Positions 1 through 14,800 of a stretch of DNA of 64,000 bases are shown here, one piece after another. The stretch lies in NCBI GenBank assembly GCA_002633005.1, contig NMRA01000037.1:1198160-1262159 (forward strand), given 5' to 3'. The stretch is from Phoronis australis. Lineage: Eukaryota; Animalia; Phoronida. Below the pieces are notes generated by a model, which saw only the letters and a program-made list of their open reading frames with translations, made no database searches and had not been told where the DNA came from. The translations under genes and the position numbers were made by a program. Numbering within the stretch: position 1 is the stretch's first letter; the number at the start of each line of letters is the position of its first letter.

Positions 1-821
1 CATGCAAAAACATGTATACATTACAAATGTAGCGCGTGACATCAGTGGACATTTTATGCAAGCGCGCTCATGAATGCTGTCAAAATATGTGGTTTGATGG
101 AGAGCGCTGTGTGAAGTCCGTTCACATGGGTCTCTGTTGACCTCGTGACATTCACCTGCTTGGGTGAACTGAACGCGCATCTGGATGAACCAATGCAAGT
201 TGTACCTGGTACAAGCGGTAAACGTAACGTACAGTTACAGTGAATCCTCATTAAGCATTCACTTAATTATCTCAATTAGTAAAATACCATTCTCGTTAAA
301 AAGATAGAAGGATCATGGGTTTCCTCCTCATGTTTTTTGTATACTAAAACCTTTTCCTTGCAAATCACGGTAAACTTTTCGTCGTGATTTAATTTTTTAT
401 GGAATGAACATTTATTTATTATTACTGGATGCGATTGATTTTTATGATCGTCTGTTTTTTTCGTCCACGTAGATAGATATCATTAAAAACAGATGTCGCC
501 TAAGAATGTCAATAGACCTGTCTACATAAAATATGACGCGTCAGTTGACCCAGTTCCCCAATAACACTTTTTATTTTCCTAAATCGTAATTTTACTACCG
601 ATATTTTTACTAAAAAGTAAAGGAATGACACCACGAGAATGTTGGATGAGCTCATCAGAACATAGCGTTGACCAACTGAACAACAGTACCACATTTTGAG
701 GCACGTAATTAAGACTTGCTGATATCCATTCAAATATATTTGGTACAAGTACTAAATGAGAAAGTGCCCGATTTGTCCAAAAAGGTGAAAAGGTGTCTCG
801 CTATAATTCTCGGTCACTTAA

Positions 822-1164
822 AGCGGCATTAAGTCCGTGCTGTCTGTCGTAAAACTAAAGTTTTAATTTCGAGTACTTACTGTGATAAATTTGATCTTAT
901 TTTGTTCCTTTCTCAGTTGAGATCTCTGGGCTCTGGAAAAAATAGCAGTACGTTATTTCCAAGACCAAGCTTCAGGACACGTGACCTGGTATTTTATTAG
1001 CTCGATCTGAACAATTAGCAAAATAAAGAGAGCTCATTTGTCTGAAGAAATAAGGAAGAGTCAGATCTTTCCAAGCCCACGTCCAACAATTTGAGGCACC
1101 TCATAACAATGTGTGGCCGATATCAAAATCGTTTTTTGACAAAAAGCACGGGTTTAATGCCCCT
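822..1164. mobile_element. Non-autonomous DNA transposon (Kolobok-like MITE) with TTAA target site duplication
   Basis: ttaa|agcggcattaagtccgtgct ... agcacgggtttaatgcccct|ttaa: 20-bp terminal inverted repeats (17/20 match), AG..CT termini, TTAA on both flanks. Confidence 0.7.
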
Positions 1165-4100
1165 TTAAATGGACAAGTAAAGAGAATTCTTGGTAAATAA
1201 ATGTTAATTCTACTGCAACACCAAATCAGTTCTTACTAATCTAAATGTTATTATGTTACCAGTTTGCAGCATAAATCGGTCGATATGTGATAACATATCG
1301 GAGATCCTCCTATTTGATTATGCTGGAAAAGGTCTAGTTCGCAAGCATTCAGATGTAACTTAAGATATTTCAAATCAAGGGAAACGAAAGACTTTAAAAA
1401 AGCAGTTCCTGCCACGCATCTAGATTCTTGCTCTGTGTGCTGAGAACTTCTTGATCAAGATAATGCGCGTTTAAGTACATGCGTTTGTTTTGACTTTTCC
1501 CGTTGTATTGGCTAATGGGTTAAAAGCCCACTCTTAAGTGCGCAACGTTATGGTTTACTAGTGCAAGCAAGAACGCTGCGCGCGGAGGTTTGTTTATGCC
1601 TACCCCACCGCTGCGTCAGTTCTGCCGAGAAGGATCAAATTGACTGTAACTAGTTATCTTATACCCCTGCCGACTGTGCATTTGTTTTTGAAACAGCTTA
1701 TTGTATTTGTTTGGAAAGTAAGTCTTTTTAATTATTGATCTGCTTGATCGCTTTGTTATTGGTGAGGGACAGAGGGGACCCTGTATGAAATTGTGGTTTA
1801 CATGTATTCCTCGTACACGTACGTCGAGACATTACTTTCCTCGTATTATTAATTGGGTTGATCGCTTGGGGAGTGCAAAACGTGGGTTTTACCTTGTTTC
1901 GGAAATTATCATTTCTCAAATGGTTTTTGGAAAGCATTTAAAGCCAATTATGAAGAAACGAAATCAAACGTCATTTGATTATCAGATATTTTGTGTCTTT
2001 ATACTTTTGTCTTTACCGGATGTTAAATTTTTGTTAGGTAAGCAACATAATGCAACGAGGAAAATCGCCACACGACGATGTTAATTTCCTACTCTAACTA
2101 TAACTGTTACCGAAAATTCTAGTGAAAATGTGACTGTTACGGAATCGTTAGAAATTATTCCAACATATATTCAATCAAATTGTGCCGCTCACTGAATTCA
2201 ATTTCCATTTTGTGGCAATTACTTGCGATATCCTGATTTAATTATAGTTAATCAGTCCAGGAACTAAAGGTCAATATTGGGCACTGAGGCGTGTGCAACT
2301 TTTTAAAGAAATCGACATATTCTGGCAATGTGACCATTTTTAGGTACTTTTTCCACCCTGATAACGGGCGAGCAATTTTAACTTCATTTACCGTAATATG
2401 CATGCATAGTTAGATAAGGCAAGTATGCGCAAATATTGTAAGAAATCATACATTTTCCAAATGCGTTTTTCTATACTCATATAGGTCAAGCAGTTTTTAC
2501 CTCTGACCCTCATTTGCATCCATTTTTAGACCTTAATTAGCACAATTGTAATAATTCATGCATATCGAGTCACTTGACCGATTCTGAGGATAGTTGACTC
2601 CATTCTTATGTTATCCAGGGAACCCGATTCATTTTTGCTACTTGCAAGATCATTCAAGAGTAAAGGTCACGTGATTATTTCCCTATACTGCTATTTTACC
2701 CCAAAATACATTTAACAGTCAAATTGGGTCACGTATGTGTGCAAGTTTTATGAGAAATCACTATTCTTTGTCCAAATGACCATCTTGAGATGTTTTTCGA
2801 TCCTGAAATTTGACCTCGATAATCCTGATTTGCATTCATATCTAGGTATCAATTAGCTGTACTTCGGAAGCAAGTTTTCGGTTATACAGAATTTGTTAAA
2901 TGCATTGTTCACGCAGTAATGCCACCACAGAGTAGAAGCTGACGACCCCCCTCCCCCCTTCGTTAGTCATTCTTTGCAGTATTTTACACCCGCCGTGTCT
3001 CACTGTGTGTGTCGTCAGCTTGTACTCTGTGGTGGAATTACTGCGTCATTTTATCTTCACTTGAGAATGAAACAAGTATGTTTCGAAATATCGTGTGTCT
3101 TTTAATTATGTCGCTAGGTCAGTTACTCTACCTATGTTCAGTTGAAAGTAGACTTTTGTTCCGAAAGTACGAACGTAACGGAATAAAGACTGTGAACAAT
3201 GAAAAGTGTCGAGCATTTAACAAAGGTCTTAATTAACATAGATTTCAATTATTCATATTTTTCCAACGTCTTGTCGGAGTTTTATGATCTTTGGTTTGAT
3301 TCTTATGTTAACGAAAGTGCCCTGCTCATTTTAGGGCTTGTTTAACGTCACGTCATTATGACCATTAGAACCATTCAAATAAATTAAAAATGTCAAAATT
3401 AAAAACAACAGTGCTAATAAGGCCAGAGTTTATATAGTGATTTTAATTTTTAAGCACTATGAAAATCATTATTATGAAATCAGTAATATATATATGGCAT
3501 GTAGGCGAATTGAATGTTGTCAGTTGAATAGGCTCCCATGAAACCGCGTTGATGCAATACTTACGTGTTCCCAGTGGACAGCGTTGTTTTCTGTCCCGGT
3601 AGCGGCCGCGTTAAATAACCCCAATAACTTGCGAATAGAAGCAAGTAAGGCTTCTTGCGGTAACCGTCAAACTCGCAAGATGCAAAAATCCAAGACATTT
3701 AGACTTATCTCAAATATGTGTACACCTGAGTACCCATGGACTCATTATATTCCCTATCCATAAGATGACGTCACTTTCAAACCTTAGTTACTCGACGTGG
3801 CGATAAAAATGGCTAAATAGCATGTTGCAGTACTGTTTTGGAGAAAATAAGTAAAAAGTTGCGTAATTTTAGCCCCTTCAGTGCGAACCGTGTCTTCTGA
3901 GAATGGGAGTATCCCTTGGTTATTGAGCAGCGTAAACTCGTAATACTATAAGTTTTTCCGTTGCCCACGAGAAACTAGGTAGCACTGAAGCTGATCGCAG
4001 TGAGATCGGTAGATTAGCATATCCATTATTCGACTTTGTTTTTCTTTGTTATAATAAAGAGAATGACAAGCATTTATCGGTAACCGGCTGATGTGCGCCC

Positions 4101-5767
4101 AAGGTACCATATCCATGCGACATGTATTCAACAAAATTCAACAAGTGTAGCGTCCCAGATGTGATAATTAACCGTGCGAGGCGCTTTCTCCCGTCGCATG
4201 AACGTCGCAAGTTAAAGAATACTTTACGAGCTCCATACGACGTCATTTCGCATACTGCTTGATACGGAATTCAAAGAAAAAATTAGTTCTGTTAACTTTG
4301 CCACTGAATTTATAAAAGAGAACATGACGAACACATTTTGAGAGTGAACGGAAAGAGCTTGCATAATGTTCCACAAGAGGTTTACGCAGCACATTGATTA
4401 TTTTGGATTTTGTCGAGCCATTTCAGGCAAGGCTAATTTGGAGATTCTGGTTAAAACGTAGGAGGTTAACCAGCTTACATTTAAACATTTGGAATTCAAG
4501 GGAACTCGTTAAAATGCGTACACGTCAGTTTGGAAGACGAGAATGCCGACGGCAATTTTTTGTTTACTGAAGACACCTCTCCACTCCAAATAGTGTTTGG
4601 ATTCAGATCCTCCTAAGTAATTCTATGTTTTCTTTAACTAATTTGTTTATCTTAGTCGCACAACATTTTTCATTGACGCTTTGCACTGGTAATCCTTCAA
4701 TTTGAGTTTTTGCATATTTCTAAGCAATTCTTCAAGACATTGTTTATGAAAAAGTTCCGAGCAAGTGTCGGAAATACACTGTATTGCCTGGGTGTAAATT
4801 CGCACCATTCGTGTCAACTTAGATCATTTTATTCACTTTTCATCGTCGTCGATTATGTCGGTTTAAGTAATTTTGGAATCATTACTTACAATGCGTTTTT
4901 CAGCAAAGGGTGGAGTTAATATACAATGGTGATATTTAACGACATAGTTCATGAATGAAATGTTGAATTGGTTCTTTGGTTTTATGGCGTTCGACAGCGT
5001 CTTATCGAGTTGAATTCTGAAGGCGTTTCACACTGGGATAGATTTACGCAGAGTGGTGTTCCCAGTACGCCGAGGTTATGGTGCCTATGCTGGCCTGAGT
5101 GGCAATACCCCTAGGGGCACAACAGCAAGGGTACGCGAGATGGATGCCAACACTTTAAACATGTTTATTTTTTCGTATGATTAGGGCGTAGGGCAGTGCG
5201 TTCAGAAAGTGCGTAGTCATCCCGGAATGCACGGAAGTTTAGTACGCTATTACCTGCCCTGCCTACGCAATAGTGCTCTACCCTACGACAGTCCGAAGAA
5301 AACGCTAGCCCACCTATAACCGATCGCACGCGCAGCAGAATTGTTCCTCATGAGAACGCGGCGTAATTCTGGAAAACTGAACGCCGCACTACGCAACTCC
5401 ATGGGTCCCAGATTTGGTAGAAGATTTACATGTACAAATGTCTCTGACACCAACTGCGTTTTTTGCTCATTGATGTTACCCAGAGGTCAAATAATTTCAC
5501 ATAATTTTCGGGATTGCAAGACTTTCAGGTCCTGGATGATGCGATTACTGATCCAGAAATGCCCAATAAGTGTTTGAATATTTTCAAAAATATAAACACG
5601 TTTGAACAACTGTTGGAGATGATCTGGAATCTTTTAAATTGCAAGAGGTCCTGAAAGAGTTGTTTTGTGACAATAATCTTGTCTATGACAAAAAATGCTT
5701 AATCTTAATAATTTACTGACTGTCTTAAACTGACTTTATTTAAACTGATTTGTTCGTTTTGTTTCAG

Positions 5768-5881
5768 CAACAAGTGGCTTCACGATGAAAGGTTTGAAGC
5801 GTCTCTTGAGGAGGACAACATTGACCAAAGTATTGTTGACCGCGAGGTGGCGATACTGCAGGAGGAATGGCAAAGGAAAAC
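5768..5881 (+). CDS. Hv-like exon: acidic N-terminal segment (NKWLHDERFEASLEEDNIDQSIVDREVAILQEEWQRK)
   Basis: tttcag acceptor, gtaagt donor, open frame, phase 2 end matches the exon at 20657. Confidence 0.65.
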
Positions 5882-8800
5882 GTAAGTAGTCTGTGATAAA
5901 GTTGGATTACTGTTACGGGAAATACCGTCATCGTAAGTGCATTCTGGGAAGAAAAGGGCCATAGACACGATGTTTTTCCAACAGGCAATGTGCAAGTAGC
6001 CCGACTGTCAATATGCATGTTCATACCGGTAACTGAAGTTTCCCGTCTGTTAGTCGAAACTGGAGAAGTCGTGTTTTTTTTCTTTTCCAAAAAAAATCCT
6101 AGACACCGGCGAGTGTTAAATGAGTAGTCCCAGACTTTTAAGTGTCTACGTTCATACCCTTGAAATAAGATCGAAAGTGCAATATCGTTACCTCTGTAAG
6201 CGAGTGGGCTTACTGGGCTGCGTTCTGTATAGCGCATTTCTTGGTGGAAAGGCTATCTCACACAAGTCTTGGCGATTCATCAAGCGTCACAAGCGAACCA
6301 CGTGATCACAATTGCTTTACTCGCGAGCGTCTTGCGTCTTCGCCCGGGACTAGCTACTGATATCATTGCCGTTTACAAAACACTAAGGTCAATCCCAGAA
6401 TTTGCTAAGACAGATATGACGGCAAGCAACACTTGTTGATATGTTCATCGTCATGCAGTAGTCAATAGGGACAACTGAATCACCATACATACTTAAGCTT
6501 ACTGCGACACTCGCGAGTGAAGCTAGTGTGATTGCGCGCATCGAAATATCACGCGAAGACTTGCGTGATAACGCCTTTCTCGCCGAAGCTTGCTCTGCGG
6601 AAGGCAACCTGGTCAAGTTCGTTGTTCGGGAACGACATCACATATCAAATGCAGTGCTTGCCAGTTCACTCAGCTAGTGTCGTGCTGGTCTAAAGAGATT
6701 TGTATTTCAGGGTTCGGTTGCATAAAACTTTAACTGGATAAATTTGATTCTTGCATTACGTCAAATGTATAATTAAACGATTGCAACGTGACGAGTGATG
6801 ATGCGACGGAATCGATGCTATCCATTGTATTAGTTTTATGTAACCGGTTCCCACTGTGTTAAGTTCACGGCATACATTTCGAAAGCTAGACGTCGGGGAT
6901 GTATCTTTAAAAGTGCTGAAAAATCAGGAAAAAATATGATAGAAATATTCAAGGAAGTATTCAACAAGAATGTTTGCAAAGCATGAAAGCGCCGTCTTAA
7001 TACCTCCATTATAATAATCGTTTTCTTTATTGGTTGGAATCATTTAGTAATTAATCATTTTGTATGACAACGTACGACGTCATGCTCAATTGACACTTGG
7101 ATGAATCTCGCATCTTACGTGTAAATCGACATGTGGAGTACTGTTAGAAACATTACAAATGTCATGTACGTGCACTTTAGCACAAACCTAATGACTGCTC
7201 GTTGATCAATTATACCTCTTAGTAAAGGCAAGCCACGTACACTTAATTATTTTAAATATCATATTAAGTCATTTCAAATTGTTGCAAGTTACAAAAAAAA
7301 TAGACACCCTGAAGCCTAATTTCCCGTCTCGCACCAGGGGCGAAAACAGTATTTTAAGTTTGGGGGGGGGGCAGTGCAGAGTATTAGCCAGGATTTTGCC
7401 AGTCAGACATTCGCACCCCCGAACTGCCAAATGGAGTCTGGGAGAAGTTTAGAGGGTGGGGGGCATCATGGCCTCTTTGCCCCCCTTCTAAATCCGCCAC
7501 TGCGCACTATTCAGTCACCCACAACTACTACATGACAAAGGACGATAGTTAATGGGTCATTACTCCGCTACGTAGTTGGGGAGCTCATGCGATCTTAATT
7601 TGTTGAGGAAGTGCCGACTGTGTGTTCATTCGCGATTTTCGAGAATGAAATTGTAGGGTTGGCCTACCAAAATCAAGTAAACACGGCAAGAAACATTACG
7701 AGGCCGATTTTATGACAGTAAAAGGCCCAATTCAAATTTCCTTTTACTCGCTTAAAAAAGTCACGTTTGTGTTTAAAAAAATTTCAATTCAATTTAGGTC
7801 ACCCAGCCAACCGTACCCATGTCACAACTGCGACGCTCTGATAACTATTAAATTTGTGAACCTGGACACATTTGCGTAAGAACATGGTGCTGACTAACAC
7901 TTGAATTGAAAGTCTGAAATAACCAATCCAACAAAACATGTGTAAGGCATGACAGTATGGCATTAACTACGTCAATTCTTTGAGAACCAAATACGGACAG
8001 TGTTTAGTAGTTAGCTGGTAAATGGTAAGATAATGACCCGCGTTCTCAGAATAACTATAAAAGAATGACGTTTTACGGGCCTGGTAGAACGTGTATGCAA
8101 TACACGTGAGGATCACTTCTTTTGTGACTATAGAGCTCAATAACAACATCATCTGAAGTGCGCAGTAGTGTCTGGTTCTATTACATGTACGTCAACTTTC
8201 CCCATGGCCTCAGTACAAACATAACGTTCGCTGAAATTAAACATACGCCTAGACTTGAACACAACGAAATAAACAATATGGAGACAGAAACTAAGATTTG
8301 TGACTCGCAATATCTATCTAAACACTGACCAAAACGGAAATCACGTTTTCACCAAAATGCTGGAATTTAAGATAACTTGTATTACCTGGCGGCCATCACT
8401 GAATTGTTCAGCTTCTCGCGCACTGTGTAGCAAGACACTAAACTGTCTAAGAGCAGTGATTGGGTATTGTTTCCGGTTTTCCCGTCAATCATTCTTATGA
8501 CTGCCAAGTAAAGAAGGGGAAATTCTCTCGACATATTCATTATTGATGGAGTTGAACACAGAATATACGACAGCCGACGTTGCTTGTACAACTCGACCGA
8601 GGGACGAAGCTAGTAGTTTAAGAGGGGTTCACACGCAATTTGCCCAAATTATTCAATGTACCAACTAAAAGCCTGAAAGTATATTTACGTTCCGTTTGAA
8701 CGAGCGAGTGCATGTTGACGCCGGTTTGATTCTAAGAATGGTACCTTTTTGGAAGGGCTTATCTGACCTGATGGCATGTTTAATTGACATTTTGAACCTT

Positions 8801-11800
8801 TTCAGTCGATTTTCATAAAACGAAATTAACGAAAATATCAGTTCTTCAAACCGGAAGTAGTTACACTCTCAGTATGTTCCCAAAAGGTGCGAGTCAGGTT
8901 GTGTTCCATCACTTTGTCACTTATGGACGGTAGCTTTTCAGTTCCGGTAATGATACGCAATAACCGAGACAGACGCAAATTTCAGTCCCAACCTCGTTAG
9001 AGGACGGTTTGTCGTTAATCAACACCGATGTTGCCGGTTAATTTCCCAATGTTTGCACTGTATGATCGCAGCGTCACACGTCCGGTTTGCAGGACAGGAC
9101 TACGTTACATTGACCTTAAGCGCAAGGCATTTCTCTCTTTCCGTAGTTCATCATTCCAAGTCAAACGCAATATATCTAGCAAAGTCCCTGAGCAAACTCT
9201 CGAAACATTTGCATTTCGTTCGGGTAATTTTTTACGATCTTGTATGGTCTTGCTTTTTCACAATATTCTCGCGTCCATACATACATTGAAAACTATTGTT
9301 TGGCGAGTTAAAGTTCCGAATTGCACTTGATAAAACAATGGACCAAATAGAGTTTATTGATTGCGGAACAGGGAGATTAACAGCCGTTTGAAGTTTTCGA
9401 ATTTGACTCTATTAGCTCTGTGTTTCTGTAAATGTCAACTAAAACGATTCAGATTGCACTTCACTGCAAGCAAAATATACAGTTTCCAAAACGCCGTGTT
9501 CTAACACTCTCAAATCAACAGGAAATCTTTGTCGCGGGTGAGTAAAAGTAGAAATTCAACTACTGCACTTGGTTAATCCAAGTCATTTAATATTTCAAAT
9601 GTGTCCCCAGTATCAAATATGTATTGCCATTTTGCAGGCAATCAAACAAATCTCATGAAAGGGCATTGCGACCATTTCGACTACACAGGGATAACTAGCC
9701 GGCAATGTTGCATCTTAACTCTTCAAACCTGTTAGTAACTTTAGTTCTTGTTACAAGCGAAGTCTTTGCAGCATTACGCCTCCAGCTTCGTGTCCTACTT
9801 TCTGTTTTTTCCTGAAAGTGTCGGCTATGGTTTCAGAAAGTATAACTTAATATCAGTCAATTGTTTGAATTTCAACAGTTGAGCGGATGCAAAGACCTCA
9901 GTTACTGGCAGGAAACACGTTTCATGAAGATCTAATGTATTTAGCAATTATTTTTTGTCTGCAAACGTTTCTACCAATGTAGAGTTAACAAGCTATATGT
10001 TGGTGTGTCTCTGAATATTCAGTTCTCGCTTGTGTAATGGAAGAATGCCGTTTATTTTAACGTGGACACGGCGATCAGCGGCCGGTTGCATGAAGCACTC
10101 TCAAATAGAGATTTAACTGAGTTCCCTAAATCTTTTTCGTATTTGTTTCGTTATTTGGGCACAGATATAATATTTTTCTATAATTTTATGTTTATTGTGA
10201 GCTCTTCTCTGACTAATGACATTTTCTAATAATATGACTAAAAACTGAGCCCTTAATTCAATCAAAACAATTAGGGACTTATTCCTTAAATTGAGGACGT
10301 TGCATGAAATGATACCTACTGTTTTAAATAACATTGAGAATTCAAGGTAGAGTTCACTCTCGATTTGTATCAAAGCCAAAAATTGGCACAGTAATGATAC
10401 TCAAACAGCATAAGATAGGACAATCAGTGTTTCCACAAGTCCACAAATACGCAGTAGATTTAGGGACCTTATTTGAATCCCTATTTGGGACCGTTTCGTG
10501 CGACCGGCACAGGACGTTTATAAATATTTCTTTCTTTTGCTCTGTGGTAAAAATTAAGGCGTGCATAAACATTACAGCAAAGATGAATGAAATTTCACCG
10601 TCTTTTTCGTTGGTGAAGTACCTCCATCTTGAATTGCGGGCCGAGTACATGACACAACGATTTATACATTATTAAACCGGAATGACGACATTAATTGAAC
10701 TCGCCCCAAAATGAATTGTAAGTCTGTCGTTAAATAATTTAAAACTTGTTGGATTCAAATTCGCATTACCGTGTACATTCAACAAGAAATTGCTGAAACG
10801 AATGAATCTGAAAATAATTGATAAAAAGTCTCATGAGAATTGCGGTATGAGACTAAACGCACCATCGTCTGGCGTGAAGAAGTACCTCCTTCATTTTTAC
10901 GCATAATACGTCACAGGAAATTTTAGTCGCAAGAAAGGACAACAAAACTCGAAAATATTAAGAAAATCAGTGCGCAGTTGAAGGGTGGGACAAAATTATC
11001 ACTCGCTGAAAAAGGTTCAAATGAGGCCATTTTTTTCAAAACTCTCAAATTTGGAACACCCATTTGAATGATCCTATAGTTACTTTTTGTTTCCTTGCAC
11101 ATTTGTTTTCTTTTCAACAAAAACGACAATTTCTGGGGTTGTCGCGTCCTTGGCAAATCCAAAAGTTACGCCACTGAGTCGACCTCACATCTAATAACAT
11201 GACTATGGCCACAACCTGGTCGATTTGGTTTCAAACTGAACTGCTATTATCTAAAAATAGTGATCAATCACCGTTTTTGCAGTGTAAGGATGCGTAATTC
11301 TACACTATTTTACTGTTGATTCCGTTCAGGAATTTGACTTCAGCGTATTCTGATCTCGTCAATATTTTCACGCATTAATACCAGAAGTGTATTCCGTAAT
11401 TACCGTCTGTCCGTGTGGGTGGCAGTATATCGTTGATATCAATCTTACTTCAGTAACTGAATGGTTGTTTCGTGGGTGAAAACGAATCATGTAATAGGGT
11501 GACGAGAATTCACTAATGCATGGCCATAGCTGGTGGCACATCCTTATTTGCCATGGGCGCCGGAAATTTTCCTGCAAATTATATTTCACCCTGGTGAAAC
11601 CGCTTCGTTATACATGCCATCGAGCATAGAGAGGGCATTTCGATGTCTTTAAATCCTTTCAATCGATACAAATATTTCGGTGACCAAAATTTTATTCCGA
11701 TGTGTCACTTTGTCAACAGAAGTCCCGTTTTTGTTGCGATTGGATCACTGCGCATGCATTTTTTAATCACATCGAGGTCGAGCTCAGTGATCTCAGGGAT

Positions 11801-14800
11801 GACCCAATCGCTAACACTGGGGAGCGTTCAGTAACGTTAGGTCCTTGCTAGAAAAGCAAGATTTCGCGAGACTACGCGATATATTGCAGTGTATTTCAAA
11901 TGAGAACACGTGATTTTAGCTAAATTTTTGTAGTTGTGAGACAGCTACTGACGTCTACCCTGGTAATCACATGTACCTCTCGTATGATCTTACTCAGGGG
12001 CAGATTAGCTCTAGATAGGGTATTTTTAGGCGAGAATGTGACGATATTGTCTTGTAATATCGGGCTTCAAAAGCAGTGCTAAGATACCATGTATGCTTTT
12101 GGACTTAATTTCTTCTTCTACCTTGCTCGTAACTTTTCTCTGAGCGGACTCACGAAATGTCGTCGATTTCGACGACATGTTGTTTGGCATTTCTTGTTGA
12201 GCCACCACGTCGTCGAGACGGTCTCGCCATCTGGAGACAGCAGTGATCCACCAGGATCGCTGGTGATCGAAACTTGGCAGTCACACAGTGGCAAGACCAC
12301 CTCCGTCGTATACGAGTCGACTCACCAAGAAATGTCAAACAATATGTCGTAGAAATTGACAACATTTCTTGAGTTCGCTCCACTCAAATCGGCAGAGACG
12401 ATTTGCAGTTATGGGAAGCATAAGAAATAATTCGCAGTAATCAAAAGAAGAAATGACCGATCAGCATTTCTTTTGATTCCAGATGACAAACTAATGTACA
12501 CTTTGTCATCTAAAAATACCGCAAGGGAAATAGGTATAACCATATATATCAGTAAGATACATGACAGTCTTATCACAGGAAGTATATGGGAGTCTCGTAT
12601 GTTTCGCACCCAGCCAGGGGTGGTGAGACCGGCTAACCAACAGGCTGCCAAACAACATATCGCAGAAATTGGCATTTTGTGAGTTCGCTCAAAAATAATT
12701 TGGCAAAGAAAAATTTGTAGGTAAACGAATCAGTAAAAATGGGTCAGAGTTATCAAAAAAAATTGTCACTTAGCATTGCGTATGATGCCCGGTATTACAA
12801 GATTATGTCATGGTTTTTCCCGTGGGAATGTCGTATTTGGTAGCATGGGAGATAACTCTGACCAGATATCAGTAAGATACTACACGCTTATATTAGCTTT
12901 GAATTCTACTGCACTCAGTACTCTAAGGCTAGGCCATTTGGTCCGATTTTAAACCATATTAAGCTACGAATATTTTAATATTTCAAACTGCCTCTTATTT
13001 CTCACATTGTCCGTAATTTTTGGGTCAAATATTTATTAAACTGTTGCTCTATGATTTCAATTTCTCAATGTTCCTTTTTCGACAAAACAATATAAGATAT
13101 GAAAACGGAGCACATTTCCACACTAAAGCGAAACAAAGTGTTGTGCTCGAGGGACATTATGATCACAAACCGAGTTTATCATTTATATTATGACTCAAAT
13201 TACACCAATTGAAATTGCAAAAGGACATTTGTGTTCAGCTGCTTAATATACACCGGCCGACCTCATTCGTGATTGTCCAATGAAGAACCAGATGTCATAC
13301 GTGTTCAGTAGATGTTAATGCTAATAGAGGTTGGATGCGACACAAGAAACTTGGACACCATTGTATCTCAGTGGCCAACAAATGTTATCATCGTTGACGA
13401 ATGAAGAGACTCATCGAAAGAAAATCTTAATTTCTGGAATATTTCTTTGAGTTGGAAGCTAGACAAAATATACCTATAGCAACGTGACAGTTTAACCAGT
13501 GCAAGGCATAAGTCGTCAAAAAGAGGCCTATGACACTGTCGCTGGCTCAGAGCCCAGTTAACAGACGGTAGCACTGTCTAATATGACCATTGCCTCCCTT
13601 GTCCCAGACCTAACCAGGAAAGCGGTTCCCGCCCATTAATTAAATCACGTGCCGTACGATCAGAAGCAATATCCCACCAAAAGTTGGTGGGGTTGATTAC
13701 TTCTTCAACATTGTCAAGCACCAAGTCGACTTGGTGGAGCACGAAGTAGACGTGGTGTGATAACTAGTTGACGTCATGTGACTGCTGCCCCTCATCCGCT
13801 ATTATAAAGTGGCAACAGGGGTGTTCCTAGTAACCCAGTCAGCAGGGGTGTTCTTAGTGACCCAGTCAGAATGACTTTTTGTTCGACATACATTACGGTA
13901 ACACCCCATAGATAAGCAACTCCGATGATTTGTGTCTCAAGACGAAGAATGAGAGTGGTCAACATTGGCGCACAAATTCACTTGCAGATTCAAAAAAATA
14001 ATTTCCCTGAGTGGCAGTATGAAATCTTTGTAATTTGCCTATCTGGAGAGACCAATCGCCAGCTTTACTACTAGAAAAAGTAACTTAATTCAATGCTTTT
14101 AATTTTTGCATCATCATGAAATTAATTTAATTGTTAATGAACTTAATTTCACGTGCACTTAATCCATATCCCATTACAAATCAATATTTCCCAAAACAAT
14201 ACATCAATTGCTCTGCGCAGACGTTGCCAAGACATCTCATCCAAGCGGCAACCATGACATTACCGGTTGTATTTTATTCCAATTGTTTTCCAGTCTCGTG
14301 CTTACGAGAAATAGGCACGGCATGGTTTGTGGTTGAGGCAATGTGTTAACATAACAAGAAAGTATTCCTGTAAACAAAACTACATGTTTGTGATTAGATT
14401 CTCAGAATGATTCTTTTGCGATCTGTCACAGAGTCGGTGGTGTTATGCGCAGTTACTTTGTCAGATGCTCGAAAAATCATGGTCGCGATGTCTCGAACTG
14501 CATGCATTTAATGGTTGTGTGCTTTGATTACTTTTGACTCGTTTTAGAATCTAAGTACCCATACGCGATCTTGACTTATAGTTTGGAGAAAATTCATACG
14601 TTTGTTCTTTTCACAGCCTGTAAACTATTAGTTTGGTTCCTTTTGAAATTCCATAGAAGAATGGTTTACACCTCTGATTTGCTTAAAATATTGACCATTT
14701 GGAAGTTAGAAAGCAGCAAGTAAGATTACACTGCCACCTAGGCGGTGATCAGCGGAAACAAAACTTTACCCACAATTAGCGGAATATGCACGTGGCACTT

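Noticed and set aside
2220-2930. Degenerate ~450-bp direct repeat (likewise ~315-bp period at 12350-12880)
   Set aside because: Probably old transposon-internal tandem repeats; boundaries could not be defined
4514-4616. Start exon of the Hv-like gene
   Set aside because: Both ATG frames hit stops before the gtaatt donor, and the phase-2 frame contains TAG
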